Under the pieces are notes generated by a model. It was given only the letters and a program-made list of their open reading frames with translations. It was not told the DNA's origin and ran no database searches. A program made the translations under genes and the position numbers. This document shows positions 1 to 9,063 of a stretch of DNA of 64,000 nt, in pieces. Source of the stretch: an uncultured Armatimonadetes bacterium. GTDB taxonomy: Bacteria; Armatimonadota; UBA5829; DTJY01. Where the stretch lies: assembly GCA_963717145.1 (NCBI GenBank), contig OY970325.1, forward strand, positions 1,216,001 to 1,280,000, written 5' to 3'. Position 1 is the stretch's first letter. Each line of letters starts with the position of its first letter.

Positions 1-151
1 CGATGTCGCCGGAATCGGTGGTGATCCGGATGTACACGTGTGGAGCACCGGCAGCCGGTCCGCCGACCGAGCCTCGCGATATCTTGAACTCGGTGAGGAA
101 CGGAAGCTTCAGAGGGAAGACGTCGATCGCTGCGATGTGGGGATTGCTCAT
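1..151 (-). CDS. 5' part of mandelate racemase/muconate lactonizing enzyme (enolase superfamily) protein; runs off the window
   Basis: Manual translation MSNPHIAAIDVFPLKLPFLTEFKISRGSVGGPAAGAPHVYIRITTDSGDI matches the MR/MLE N-terminal pattern; GGAGG RBS upstream. Confidence 0.75.
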   Translation of the reverse strand, partial: MSNPHIAAIDVFPLKLPFLTEFKISRGSVGGPAAGAPHVYIRITTDSGDI

Positions 152-168
152 GTCTTGGAACTACCTCC

Positions 169-259
169 GGGACCGTGAAATGTAGTGGCCGCGCCTCCGT
201 GCCGGCCTTGCCACCGCCATGGCCGGCACGGAGGCGCGGCCACTACATTTCACGGTCCC
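169..259. repeat. GTAG-type REP-like palindrome, family A (TGTAGTGGCCGyGCCTCyGTGCCGGCC)
   Basis: Perfect 39-bp arms at 169-207 and 221-259; other copies at 32589, 60804 and a half copy at 21220. Confidence 0.9.
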
Positions 260-283
260 ATGGTTCGCTAATCGCCGGACGAG

Positions 284-313
284 TTGCGGTCCGGCCGGGG
301 ATTCTGATATAAT
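284..313 (+). promoter_or_regulatory. putative sigma70 promoter of the FmdB-family gene
   Basis: TTGCGG-18-TATAAT with a TGn extension. Confidence 0.55.
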
Positions 314-357
314 GTGAACAGTGAGCAATGCTCACGGAGTCTTTACGAGGATATAGA

Positions 358-660
358 ATGCCAACCTACGGATACCGCTGCACCGCATGTGACCATCAGT
401 TCGAATGCTTTCAGAAGATCACCGACGAGCCGCTTACCGAATGCCCCGAGTGCAAAGGAAAGATCAAGAAGATGCTCTATCCGGTTGGGATAGTCTTCAA
501 GGGCTCAGGTTTCCACATCAACGACTACAAGAGATCTGATACCAAGAGCGGCGGGAATGGCTCCGAGCCCAAAACCAAGGCCGAAAGCACCAAGGAAACC
601 GTCGAGTCGACCATTACTAGGACAGACTCGGGTACTAAGGCAGATCCAAGTTCTCCGTAA
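358..660 (+). CDS. FmdB-family zinc-ribbon regulatory protein
   Basis: MPTYGYRCTACDHQFE...CPECKG...FKGSGFH motif; GAGGA RBS before ATG 358. Confidence 0.85.
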   Translation: MPTYGYRCTACDHQFECFQKITDEPLTECPECKGKIKKMLYPVGIVFKGSGFHINDYKRSDTKSGGNGSEPKTKAESTKETVESTITRTDSGTKADPSSP

Positions 661-2035
661 CGAATGATTGAGGCACCATCGTCCGACCCGACTGCAGGGA
701 CGCCGGCCTTTCCATCGTGACCTCGGTATCGTTCACTTCCGCCCGCACGCTGCCGATCCACACTCGGACCTCAGTCCCGGGAGCCCACGCATGTACCGCG
801 TGCTTCCTGACATCCCACCCGAGCCTGCCACCAGCCGCATCGAACACCGATCTCAGCGACACCATGGCCGCGCCATCCGTTCCCGCCGGGATCCGCAGCT
901 TCTGGCCGATCCTGATGAGGCTCGGATCCCGGAGGCCGTTCTCTTCCACCAGTGCATCGACGGTCGTGTCGTAGCGGCGGGCAATCGTCCAGAGAGCGTC
1001 ACCCGACCGAACGACGTAGATCGTTTCGGCAGGCTCAGCCTCAGGCATCGATGTAGTCTGAGGTTCCCTCGGTTCGTCGATCCTGGCAGAGGCAACCTCA
1101 GGCTCGGCGGCGAGGTAGACCTCGGTCGGGCCCGATACCAATACCGCCACCTCGGGCTCTGGTGCGGGCATCGGGGGCAAGGTCTGCAACCGGGTAGGCG
1201 GAACAGCCCGCGTCACCTCGAAAGACTCTGCACCGGGGGCATTCATCCTCGCGGATTCGGTCGTCTGTGGAAGCTCTATCGACGTCTCGCCGGTCTTGAT
1301 CTCCGATGAGGGGACAGACACCTCTTCGGCGTGCATCGGAATGGCACTGGTCGGATTTCGGACAAAGACGCGCACCGGCGGCGTCACCGTCCGATTCTCC
1401 GCCTCATCGAGCGCGGAAATATGTATCTCGTGCGGGCCGTTCTCTGCCTGAGTGCTGTCCCAAATGTATCTGAACGGTTCGCGATTCGTGATGGATTTCA
1501 GCGATTTGTCCACGAAGACCGAGATGAACGGAGTCTTGCCGCTGTCGTCCTTCCCCTGGATGACAACGGGTACTTTGCCGGAGACGGTTTCGCCTTCGGT
1601 CGGACTTTCGATCTTGACGTGAGGCGGCTTCATATCTCTTACGGGCGGCTCGATCCCCTGATCGACGATCCCGTTGTTCGCGACTGTTACGACGCTGGTC
1701 GCCATGCCGAGGAAGACCTTCCCGGAATAGACCTGCGCGTCCAATCGATGCTGACCGTCCGCCGTGCGCACGGTATCCCACAGGAACCCGCATTCACCGC
1801 CGGCGATGGCCGATCCATACGTGCGCTCCGTGACGACCTGGCCGTCGAGACTGATCTGCACTCTGGACACAGGCTGTTTCGCGCTTGCTGTGAATGAGAC
1901 CGATATCTCGACCTCACTGCCGGTGATGAGGGCCCCATTCTTTGGGGATACGATGGTCACGCCCGAAGCGGCCGAGACCAGACTCGTCACCGTGAGGAGT
2001 AGAATCATTGCTGCCCAGGGGAATGGATTGCGCAT
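635..2035 (-). CDS. secreted protein with two Ig-like domains, a LysM domain and a C-terminal copper-amine-oxidase-N-like domain
   Basis: Signal peptide, repeated WDT/WDS..NG.H Ig motifs, YVVRSGDALWTIARRY LysM, VSLR..F/GRTMVP C-terminal motif. Confidence 0.75.
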   Translation of the reverse strand: MRNPFPWAAMILLLTVTSLVSAASGVTIVSPKNGALITGSEVEISVSFTASAKQPVSRVQISLDGQVVTERTYGSAIAGGECGFLWDTVRTADGQHRLDAQVYSGKVFLGMATSVVTVANNGIVDQGIEPPVRDMKPPHVKIESPTEGETVSGKVPVVIQGKDDSGKTPFISVFVDKSLKSITNREPFRYIWDSTQAENGPHEIHISALDEAENRTVTPPVRVFVRNPTSAIPMHAEEVSVPSSEIKTGETSIELPQTTESARMNAPGAESFEVTRAVPPTRLQTLPPMPAPEPEVAVLVSGPTEVYLAAEPEVASARIDEPREPQTTSMPEAEPAETIYVVRSGDALWTIARRYDTTVDALVEENGLRDPSLIRIGQKLRIPAGTDGAAMVSLRSVFDAAGGRLGWDVRKHAVHAWAPGTEVRVWIGSVRAEVNDTEVTMERPASLQSGRTMVPQSFVTENLDLP

Positions 2036-2137
2036 TTGTGTCCACCTCGCTCATTGGTATATGAACCACTTAGCTAGCGCACAAACTGTACCATACACCT
2101 CGTGCAAAGTCAACAGCAGAGCAAACCAGTTTTCGGG

Positions 2138-2231
2138 CCTTCGGAGTGCGGTGGGTTGACACCGCTTTGCCGGGGTAACGGACGAAATCCGACGTCGCAC
2201 AGGGCGGTGTCAAGCCACCGCACTCCGAAGG
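2138..2231. repeat. REP-like palindrome, family C (GGAGTGCGGTGGCTCGACACCGC)
   Basis: ~28-bp inverted arms; related copies at 4132, 8744, 9410 and 30111. Confidence 0.85.
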
Positions 2232-2236
2232 GACAG

Positions 2237-2971
2237 TCACTCGGCACTGATGATTCCGCCCATGACCTGCTCGATCGTCTTCTGACCCGGACGCACGATC
2301 AGGAACTCGTCCTCGTCCCAGTTGCCGCCGAACAGAATGTCTATCAGGCGCGTATCACCCTGAAGTTCCTCATACTCCCAAGCGTTGCTCTCCGCCACGC
2401 CCTGAGTGAACCGCCGATAGGTCTCGATGTCGCCGATACCCGTGTCTATCAGTGCCGCGCGGCTGTAGTTAGCGAGCCAGAGACCCTCCTGCTCGATCAG
2501 ATACTTTGCGTTGTCCTCGCCGAACTTCTCGACATACTCCAGGTACCGCTCCTCGGCTTGCGTCTCCTTCAACGGCTTCAGTGTCCCCTGGGACAGATCG
2601 CCGTCCATGCGCTCGATCCATCCCGCACTGTAGTAGTACGTCCCCGGACGTTCGTTGAACTCGCGGTCGTACCGCTCGCGGCTCCCGAGGAACAGGGTGA
2701 TGCAATCGTGCGCGCGCGGAATGACGATCGGGGTGTCACGTGCGACCAGGTCGGCCGTGCCCCGACTGCAGAGCCCGTAGCCGAGGATGATGTAGTCGAA
2801 CCGGCCGTCGGATGCCGCGTCTATTTCGGCCTGAATGCGTGTCCGCAGTTCATCCGGCGTGCTGTGGAGACCCGACGGCAGGAACACGAGGTGGACGATG
2901 TTCGGCGAATAAGCGGCGGCTCTGGCGGCTTCGCGGGCAAGTATTTCACAGCAGATCGCGCAGATCCTCAA
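2237..2971 (-). CDS. DUF1638 domain protein
   Basis: GLHSTP, LGYGLCSRG and AHDCITLFLGS motifs; probable TTG start overlaps the upstream stop. Confidence 0.8.
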   Translation of the reverse strand: MRICAICCEILAREAARAAAYSPNIVHLVFLPSGLHSTPDELRTRIQAEIDAASDGRFDYIILGYGLCSRGTADLVARDTPIVIPRAHDCITLFLGSRERYDREFNERPGTYYYSAGWIERMDGDLSQGTLKPLKETQAEERYLEYVEKFGEDNAKYLIEQEGLWLANYSRAALIDTGIGDIETYRRFTQGVAESNAWEYEELQGDTRLIDILFGGNWDEDEFLIVRPGQKTIEQVMGGIISAE

Positions 2972-4083
2972 CTTCTCAACTCCTCGATGATCGCGGCGAC
3001 TTCCTTGAGCTGCTCGATGATCGGTATGTGGTTCGGGCACTTGGTCTCACACTCGCCGCATTCCGTGCAGGCCCACGGTCCCTGCCCCGGCTCGATCCTG
3101 TTCGCACTCCGCTGAGCCCATTCCTTCATGCCGAAAACCTTGTAGTAGTTGCGCATTCGGAAGAGTCGCGGAATCTTGACCTCGCTCGGGCATGGCTGGC
3201 AGTAGTCGCAGCCGGTACAGAACTGCTGACCGAGAACAGCATATTCATCGAGCGCCCGAACCGCTGATGCGCGCTCCTCGGCGGTCATGGGGACGAAGCT
3301 CTCCATCGCGGCGACGTTCTGCTCGACCTCGGTGAGGGAAGTCATCCCGGACGGCGCGGTAGTGATTCCGGGGTTGGAGAGCACAAACGCCAGTGCGGAG
3401 GCGGCCATGCTCGGCTGCTGGCCGGGGAGAAGCTCCCGCAGAACGTCTGACGGGGTGGCGAGCAGCCCGCCGGCGATGGGAGTCATGCAGACGACGCCCA
3501 TCCCGCGTTTGGCCGCATAATCGATCACCGGCTCGACGGTCCGCTTGAGCATGTGGTAGCTGAGGGTGCAGCTCTCGAACCGGCCGGTGTCTATGAGCCT
3601 GATCAGTTCGTCGTTCGATTCATGGGAAGTGAAGCCGATGTGGCCGATCAGTCCTTCGCCCTTCAGCTTCTCGAGCAGATCGAGCGCCCCACCCTTCTTC
3701 GTGACCGCGTCGAACGCATCGGCCTTGTAGTCCCAGACCTGGTAGAAATCAAAATGGTCGATTCCGAGCTTCTTGAGCGACCCCTCGATCGCGCGCATGG
3801 TGTCGTCCTGAGTCGTCGCCGGCTCGATCTTGCTCTTCGTGGAGACATAGATCTCATCGCGCCGACCCTTGATGCCCAGGCCGACCTTGATCTCACTGCG
3901 GTTGTCGCAGTACCATTCCGATGTCTCCATGTAGTTGATCCCGAGATCGATCGCGCGGCTCACTACCGCCCCGCCCTCCTCATCGTTCTCGGGCAGGCGC
4001 ATGCATCCGAGACTCAGAATCGATAGATCCTTCCCGGTCTGGCCAAGCGTTCTGTACTGCAAGTCGGTGTTCCCCTTTCCCAT
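2968..4083 (-). CDS. aldo/keto reductase with C-terminal 4Fe-4S dicluster domain
   Basis: LSLGCMRLP and IGFTSH motifs; CTGCDYCQPCP and CTECGECETKCP clusters. Confidence 0.88.
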   Translation of the reverse strand: MGKGNTDLQYRTLGQTGKDLSILSLGCMRLPENDEEGGAVVSRAIDLGINYMETSEWYCDNRSEIKVGLGIKGRRDEIYVSTKSKIEPATTQDDTMRAIEGSLKKLGIDHFDFYQVWDYKADAFDAVTKKGGALDLLEKLKGEGLIGHIGFTSHESNDELIRLIDTGRFESCTLSYHMLKRTVEPVIDYAAKRGMGVVCMTPIAGGLLATPSDVLRELLPGQQPSMAASALAFVLSNPGITTAPSGMTSLTEVEQNVAAMESFVPMTAEERASAVRALDEYAVLGQQFCTGCDYCQPCPSEVKIPRLFRMRNYYKVFGMKEWAQRSANRIEPGQGPWACTECGECETKCPNHIPIIEQLKEVAAIIEELRS

Positions 4084-4131
4084 GCTCCAGCACGCTCATT
4101 ATACCGCCCGACCGCTCGTGGGGCAACCCCA

Positions 4132-4155
4132 CTTTGGAGTGCGGTGGCTCGACAC
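4132..4155. repeat. half copy of REP family C
   Basis: CTTTGGAGTGCGGTGGCTCGACAC, identical to the arm at 9410. Confidence 0.7.
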
Positions 4156-4156
4156 A

Positions 4157-4192
4157 AACAAACAGGCAGAAGGTCCCCGGCCTTCTGCCTGC
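4157..4192 (-). terminator. putative intrinsic terminator after the RsbW-like gene
   Basis: CAGGCAGAAGG..CCTTCTGCCTG stem followed by TTTGTTT on the minus strand. Confidence 0.55.
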
Positions 4193-4237
4193 TTCGTGTC
4201 GCTCGCGGCTCGGACGCCGCTCTGCTGTATGTCTGGC

Positions 4238-4735
4238 CTAGCTCAGCAACCTCTTGGTCAACACGAGGTGCGTGCCCTTCGGCACGTCCAGAAACTCGAC
4301 GTTGTCCATCAGGTTTTTCATCAGCCTGATGCCGAAACCCCTGTTTCGCCGCCTGCATCTGCGGGTGTTGACGGGCAGGCAGACTCCCGGTCCGTGATCG
4401 ATGACCTCGATCCGCAGGCCATCCTCAGCCTTTGTGAGGATAACCTTGATTGAATCTGCCTTTCCACCGGGTGAACCGTGCTCCATGGCGTTTGCGACGG
4501 CCTCACCTACCGCCAGCTTCACACCATCGACGACTTCACAAGTCAATCCCAAGTCGCCGCATACATCCGCCGAAACCGCGCGGACGAGCGATAGATAGCG
4601 CGGATCGCTTTTCAGCGTCAGCTCGATCTTTGCTTCCAGGGGCATATCGGTTGCCGAACGCATCTCCGGCAGGAGCATCCGATCAGCCAGTGTATCAGCA
4701 CGCTTCTGCTGTCTCACGCATCTTTCCATTACCAT
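4238..4735 (-). CDS. RsbW-like anti-sigma factor / Ser-Thr kinase (HATPase_c_2); start uncertain
   Basis: EAVANAMEHG, IEVIDHGPG and RGFGIRLMKNLMD boxes. Confidence 0.8.
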   Translation of the reverse strand: MVMERCVRQQKRADTLADRMLLPEMRSATDMPLEAKIELTLKSDPRYLSLVRAVSADVCGDLGLTCEVVDGVKLAVGEAVANAMEHGSPGGKADSIKVILTKAEDGLRIEVIDHGPGVCLPVNTRRCRRRNRGFGIRLMKNLMDNVEFLDVPKGTHLVLTKRLLS

Positions 4736-4883
4736 TGGGTCGCACCCCCTTCTCTAACGACTAATTCTGCGAAAGGCTGAGAGAGCCTCGCAGGTGCGCC
4801 GCAAACGGTAACCGGGATGAGAACAAGCTCATCCGTATTGGACGGTTACCCTACTGACCAAGGCAGTCGGTGACCGAGTGAAC

Positions 4884-5417
4884 TCAGTGCTGGTAAGTAG
4901 CACTCAATCGGCCCAGTTCGACCGCCTCACGGATGATCTGGTGGGCGGACTCGATTCCGAGCCGGCCGATGATCTCCGTGCTGTCGCATTCAGATTGTCG
5001 AACATCAGTAAGAAACTGGTGAATATCACGCAACGCATGTTCCGGCAAGTCTTCGAGCCTTGCCACTTGGCAATAACGCGGATCCGCGCCGGCCACAGCG
5101 ATGATCTTTCGATCTTCGCCCGTCTCGTCGCGCAGATGAAGCGCTCCGATCGGCCTTGCGCTGATCACGCAGCCAGGAAATGTGGGGTGACTTACGAACA
5201 CGAGTATGTCCAAGGGGTCGCCATCCTTGGACAGTGTGCCAGGAATCCAACCGTAGTCCGTGGGGCAACAGAGTGGTGAGGCAAACACCCGATCCAGCAC
5301 AAAACTATCTAATGCAGCGTTGTACACATAGCTGTTCGCGCTGCCTTGTGGTATCTCTATGACGGCGTTTACGATCGCCGGGTACTCATCGCCGATCGGC
5401 AGATCGTGGTATTTCAT
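4884..5417 (-). CDS. ppa: inorganic pyrophosphatase (family I)
   Basis: IEIPQGS and DYGWIPGTLSKDGDPLD motifs. Confidence 0.85.
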   Translation of the reverse strand: MKYHDLPIGDEYPAIVNAVIEIPQGSANSYVYNAALDSFVLDRVFASPLCCPTDYGWIPGTLSKDGDPLDILVFVSHPTFPGCVISARPIGALHLRDETGEDRKIIAVAGADPRYCQVARLEDLPEHALRDIHQFLTDVRQSECDSTEIIGRLGIESAHQIIREAVELGRLSATYQH

Positions 5418-5603
5418 GGCCGCACACCTCCCTTGGGCCGGTGTTACTGTCGGCTACATGTACTACCGTAACGCCCCCGTGTTTCTAGTCACCTTTTACC
5501 CAACAGGCTCATCTGCTCAAACGCTGATAAACTTACCAGTTTCACGGATTGTCAAGGTTCGTTCACATATTAGACGCCGCGCCGACACATGGAGTTCCGC
5601 ATT

Positions 5604-6923
5604 TCACAGGCTTGGAACCTCACCGACGACGTAGAACGAACCGCTGACAAGAATCAGGTCGCGAGGGCCGGCTATTCCGAGCGCGCGGTGCACCGCTTCT
5701 GCAACCGGCTGAACGATCTCGATCTCGTGGACATGTCCCTCGGCTGCTTCTGCGATCGACTGCGCCGGCATCGCGCGTGGGGTCGAGGCGGCGGTGGCGA
5801 TGAGGATGTCGGCGAGAGGGGCCAGTACGCCGACGACGTCCCCGATCGAATGGCCCTGCACCATGCCCATGACGAGGATCAGCCTGCCGTACTCGAACTC
5901 GGCCCTGATTGTGGCGGCAAGCGTCGAGGCGGCGGCGAGGTTGTGTGCGCCGTCAAGGACGACCGTGGGATCCCTGCGAACGACCTCGAGTCGCCCGGGC
6001 ATGTAGGCATCTCTGAGGCCGGATCGGACAGCCTCCTCCGGCACGTCCACTCCTTGCGAGATCAGGGCTTCGATAGCCCCGACGGCGGTTGCGGCATTGG
6101 AATACTGGAACTCGCCCCTCATTCCCACCTCTAGACCCTCATGGCCGTCGACAGTCAGAGTCGGCATGCGATCGGGAGGCAGCGGATGGCCGACGGATGC
6201 GCTATCACCGGGTTCGACACTTCGAATCTCGAAGCGGGCGCCGGTGTCGTCAGTCGGAACAACGTGCCACAGAGCCGAATTCCGCTCCTCGCATACCTTG
6301 CGAATGACTGTGAAGGCATCGGGATCGGTCACGGCGGTGACGAGGTGGCCATTCGGCTTGACGATACCGGCTTTCTCGAATGCGATCTCGGCGACCGTCG
6401 TGCCGAGCCTGTCCGTGTGATCGAGACCGATGCTTGTGATGACGCTGACCATCGGCGTCACGATGTTAGTGGCATCGAGGCGTCCTCCCAGGCCGACCTC
6501 CAGGACCGCGAAGTCGACCTCCTGCTCGACGTAGTACAGGAAACCGAGCGCGGTCTTGAACTCGAATTCGGTGGGGTGGCCGAATTCAGTCGCGGCGAGC
6601 GCCTCGGCACATGAGATCATGGATTCGAGCAGGCGGACGAAATCGTCCTTCGGGATCATGCAGCCATTGACCTGCACGCGCTCCCGGATGTCGTGGACGT
6701 AGGGGGAGACGTACATACCGACTTTGTACCCGGTGGCCTGGAGGATGTTCGCGATCATGGCAGCCGTCGATCCCTTGCCGTTTGTGCCGGCGATGTGGAC
6801 CGACTTGAACCTGTCCTGCGGGTCGCCGAGCCGCTTACAGAACTCGGTGAACCGCTCCAGACCCGGCTGCCAACCCAGCGTCGTCAGCCAGTCCATGTAC
6901 GCCAGGGCTTCTTCGTAGGTCAT
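5604..6923 (-). CDS. folC: folylpolyglutamate synthase/dihydrofolate synthase
   Basis: HIAGTNGKGS, EVGLGGRLDATN, DGAHN and SGSFY motifs. Confidence 0.93.
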   Translation of the reverse strand: MTYEEALAYMDWLTTLGWQPGLERFTEFCKRLGDPQDRFKSVHIAGTNGKGSTAAMIANILQATGYKVGMYVSPYVHDIRERVQVNGCMIPKDDFVRLLESMISCAEALAATEFGHPTEFEFKTALGFLYYVEQEVDFAVLEVGLGGRLDATNIVTPMVSVITSIGLDHTDRLGTTVAEIAFEKAGIVKPNGHLVTAVTDPDAFTVIRKVCEERNSALWHVVPTDDTGARFEIRSVEPGDSASVGHPLPPDRMPTLTVDGHEGLEVGMRGEFQYSNAATAVGAIEALISQGVDVPEEAVRSGLRDAYMPGRLEVVRRDPTVVLDGAHNLAAASTLAATIRAEFEYGRLILVMGMVQGHSIGDVVGVLAPLADILIATAASTPRAMPAQSIAEAAEGHVHEIEIVQPVAEAVHRALGIAGPRDLILVSGSFYVVGEVPSL

Positions 6924-7369
6924 TCCGTGATGATCCGGTACGCCTCTTCGGCGGCGAAGGCGACGAGTTTCGTGCAGAGGCCGGCGTGCATTTTCTCCGA
7001 CTGGAAGCGCGCCTGGCCCTCGGGCGTCAGGAGATCACACCCCGTGAGCGTTCGGCACCCCACTGAGCCGTATTCGATCTCGAAGGCGCGCATCAAGCGC
7101 ACCACTTTCGCGTACACTTCGCCCCTTGTCGCAGTGTCATCGGCGCTCTCCCGACCTGACTTGAGTCCCAATGCCATCATCGCGCCTGTGATCGCTCCGC
7201 AGACCTCGCCATACCTGCCCATGCCTCCGCCGAACGGTGTGGCGATCTTCGGCACGCATTCGGACTCGATGCCGAGCGCCTCGGTCACTCCAAGCAGGAC
7301 CGACTCCGCGCAATTGAACCCATTGCCGAAATGATCTACCGCAATCTTTGATGCCTTCTCTGCCGACAT
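6920..7369 (-). CDS. C_GCAxxG_C_C family redox protein
   Basis: FNCAESV...FGGGMG...CGAITG...C..L...C; ATG at 7369 with GGAGAGG RBS. Confidence 0.85.
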   Translation of the reverse strand: MSAEKASKIAVDHFGNGFNCAESVLLGVTEALGIESECVPKIATPFGGGMGRYGEVCGAITGAMMALGLKSGRESADDTATRGEVYAKVVRLMRAFEIEYGSVGCRTLTGCDLLTPEGQARFQSEKMHAGLCTKLVAFAAEEAYRIITE

Positions 7370-7382
7370 GCCTCTCCTCCGT

Positions 7383-8678
7383 CTAAGCGTACTTCTCCTG
7401 AACCTTCTTCGCAATCGCACAACACCTGCGGGCCAGGTCCGAGATGCTCTCCTTCTCGTGGCCGCGGATGTACGTCGTGAGCGTGTCGCCGAACGGTCCG
7501 ACCCACTTCTTCGGGAGCTTCTTCGCCCCGAGGATCGCGCCGACGATGGAGCCGGCGGTCGCCCCGGTGCAGTCCGTGTCCACGCCGCCCATGACTGTGT
7601 ACGCGATCGTCTTCTCGAAGTTGCCCTCGCCGTAGTGGAGTCCCGCGACCGTGAGCGCCGCGTTGTTGAGAGTATGCGCGCCACTCATCCCGGCGTACTT
7701 CTTCTCGATGCGCGTCACGGTGGCCTCCCAGTCGCCGTCCTGCCTGCACCATCGAAGCGTCTCCTTGACGGTTTCGGTCAGGCGGCACTTCGCCGGAATC
7801 TCCGTCAGGCCGATCCTCAGGCACTCGATCGGGTCATTCACGACGAACGCGGCAGCGATCGCGGCGGAGAAGAACATCTCGCCATACGTGCCGTTCATGA
7901 TGTGACTGACGCTCGCGTCGCGATACGCGAAGTCGGCGGCAACTTCGGGCAGTCCGGGAGCGGCGTAACCCCACGGATCGCTTCGGATATCCGCGCCGAT
8001 CCACTCCATGAACGGATTGCCCTTGAGCGCGGTCTTCGGCGGCTTCATCCCCTTCTTGAGGTTGTCGAGCGCGACCTTTTCAGCCGTGCATGCCATCGGG
8101 AGCAGCTTCACCCATGCATCGCCGACATCCTGACTGGTGAAATCAATACCGTACGTCTCGAGTATCACCAGGCCGAGCACCGTATACGTCATGTCGTCGT
8201 CCGGCCCGATGTGGTCGATACGCCCTTTGAGGAAGTTCACTATCGGTTCCGAATAGTGGACGGCCCGGTGCGGTACTTCCTTCCAGAAGTCGGATAATGG
8301 ATAGCTTTGTCCAAGTATTCCCGCCCATTCCTGTATCCTTCTCCGCGACCATCCCTCGACCGGAATCCCGAGCACGCATCCCGCGCCTCGACCAAGCCAC
8401 GCTCCGAGCATCTTGTCACAGAGCTGATCATCGGAAAGGTTGTAGGGCAGCGACCTCGGGCCTTTCGGACGCGCAGCCAGAATGTCCTTATAGGGGATCG
8501 GCTCGACATACTTCGGGGTGAATGGCGGCTTGAGGGATTCGAGTCCGTGCGCCAGACTCCTGAGATGCTCGATGACTTCTTTTTCGATATCGGATACATC
8601 GAGGCCCTGCTCTCTTCGCAGGTCCATCCATGCCTTGAAGGCGCCGAACTCGTTGTCCATCTTGGGGAAATATGGCAT
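7383..8678 (-). CDS. ADP-ribosylglycohydrolase family protein
   Basis: DDDMTY, WIGADIRSD and DTDCTGATAGS motifs. Confidence 0.85.
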   Translation of the reverse strand: MPYFPKMDNEFGAFKAWMDLRREQGLDVSDIEKEVIEHLRSLAHGLESLKPPFTPKYVEPIPYKDILAARPKGPRSLPYNLSDDQLCDKMLGAWLGRGAGCVLGIPVEGWSRRRIQEWAGILGQSYPLSDFWKEVPHRAVHYSEPIVNFLKGRIDHIGPDDDMTYTVLGLVILETYGIDFTSQDVGDAWVKLLPMACTAEKVALDNLKKGMKPPKTALKGNPFMEWIGADIRSDPWGYAAPGLPEVAADFAYRDASVSHIMNGTYGEMFFSAAIAAAFVVNDPIECLRIGLTEIPAKCRLTETVKETLRWCRQDGDWEATVTRIEKKYAGMSGAHTLNNAALTVAGLHYGEGNFEKTIAYTVMGGVDTDCTGATAGSIVGAILGAKKLPKKWVGPFGDTLTTYIRGHEKESISDLARRCCAIAKKVQEKYA

Positions 8679-8743
8679 ATCGATTGCTCCTCCGGGATTC
8701 GTTCTTCGAGGGAGTGTTAGGGGAAAGAGGCGGATATCCTCTT

Positions 8744-8835
8744 TGGAGTGCGGAAGCGAGGTCTGACGGAGCTTCCGCTTTGCTTGCACCGCGTACCAAA
8801 GCGGAAGCTCCGTCAGACCTCGCTTCCGCACTCCA
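8744..8835. repeat. REP family C variant (GGAGTGCGGAAGC...)
   Basis: Perfect 39-bp inverted arms at 8744-8782 and 8797-8835. Confidence 0.8.
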
Positions 8836-9063
8836 TAAGTGAGGGGGACGGCAGCGGTCGGCGCTCAATCGATCGTGCCGTCCCCCCGTGGCGGTGGCCC
8901 ATGCCTCCGCTCGCATATCTTAGACCCCATGACATTCCCTAACCTTCAGGAGGAGTGAGGACTATTCTCCGAGAATACTAAGGCCTGAGCAATCCAGCTA
9001 TGTATCAGACGGAAACTCACGGGACGCCGTTGAGGAATTTTGCGTTTCTATATGAGGAGAAGT

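Noticed and set aside
4760-4855. c-di-GMP or c-di-AMP riboswitch
   Set aside because: GAAA and GCAAA words are present, but the consensus order and orientation relative to the downstream gene do not fit.
8679-8942. Mirror-image ORFs starting MRKRGLTELPL, and similar N-terminal extensions of recR, pdxT, thuA and pfp
   Set aside because: They are translations of palindromic repeats; the true starts with an RBS lie downstream.
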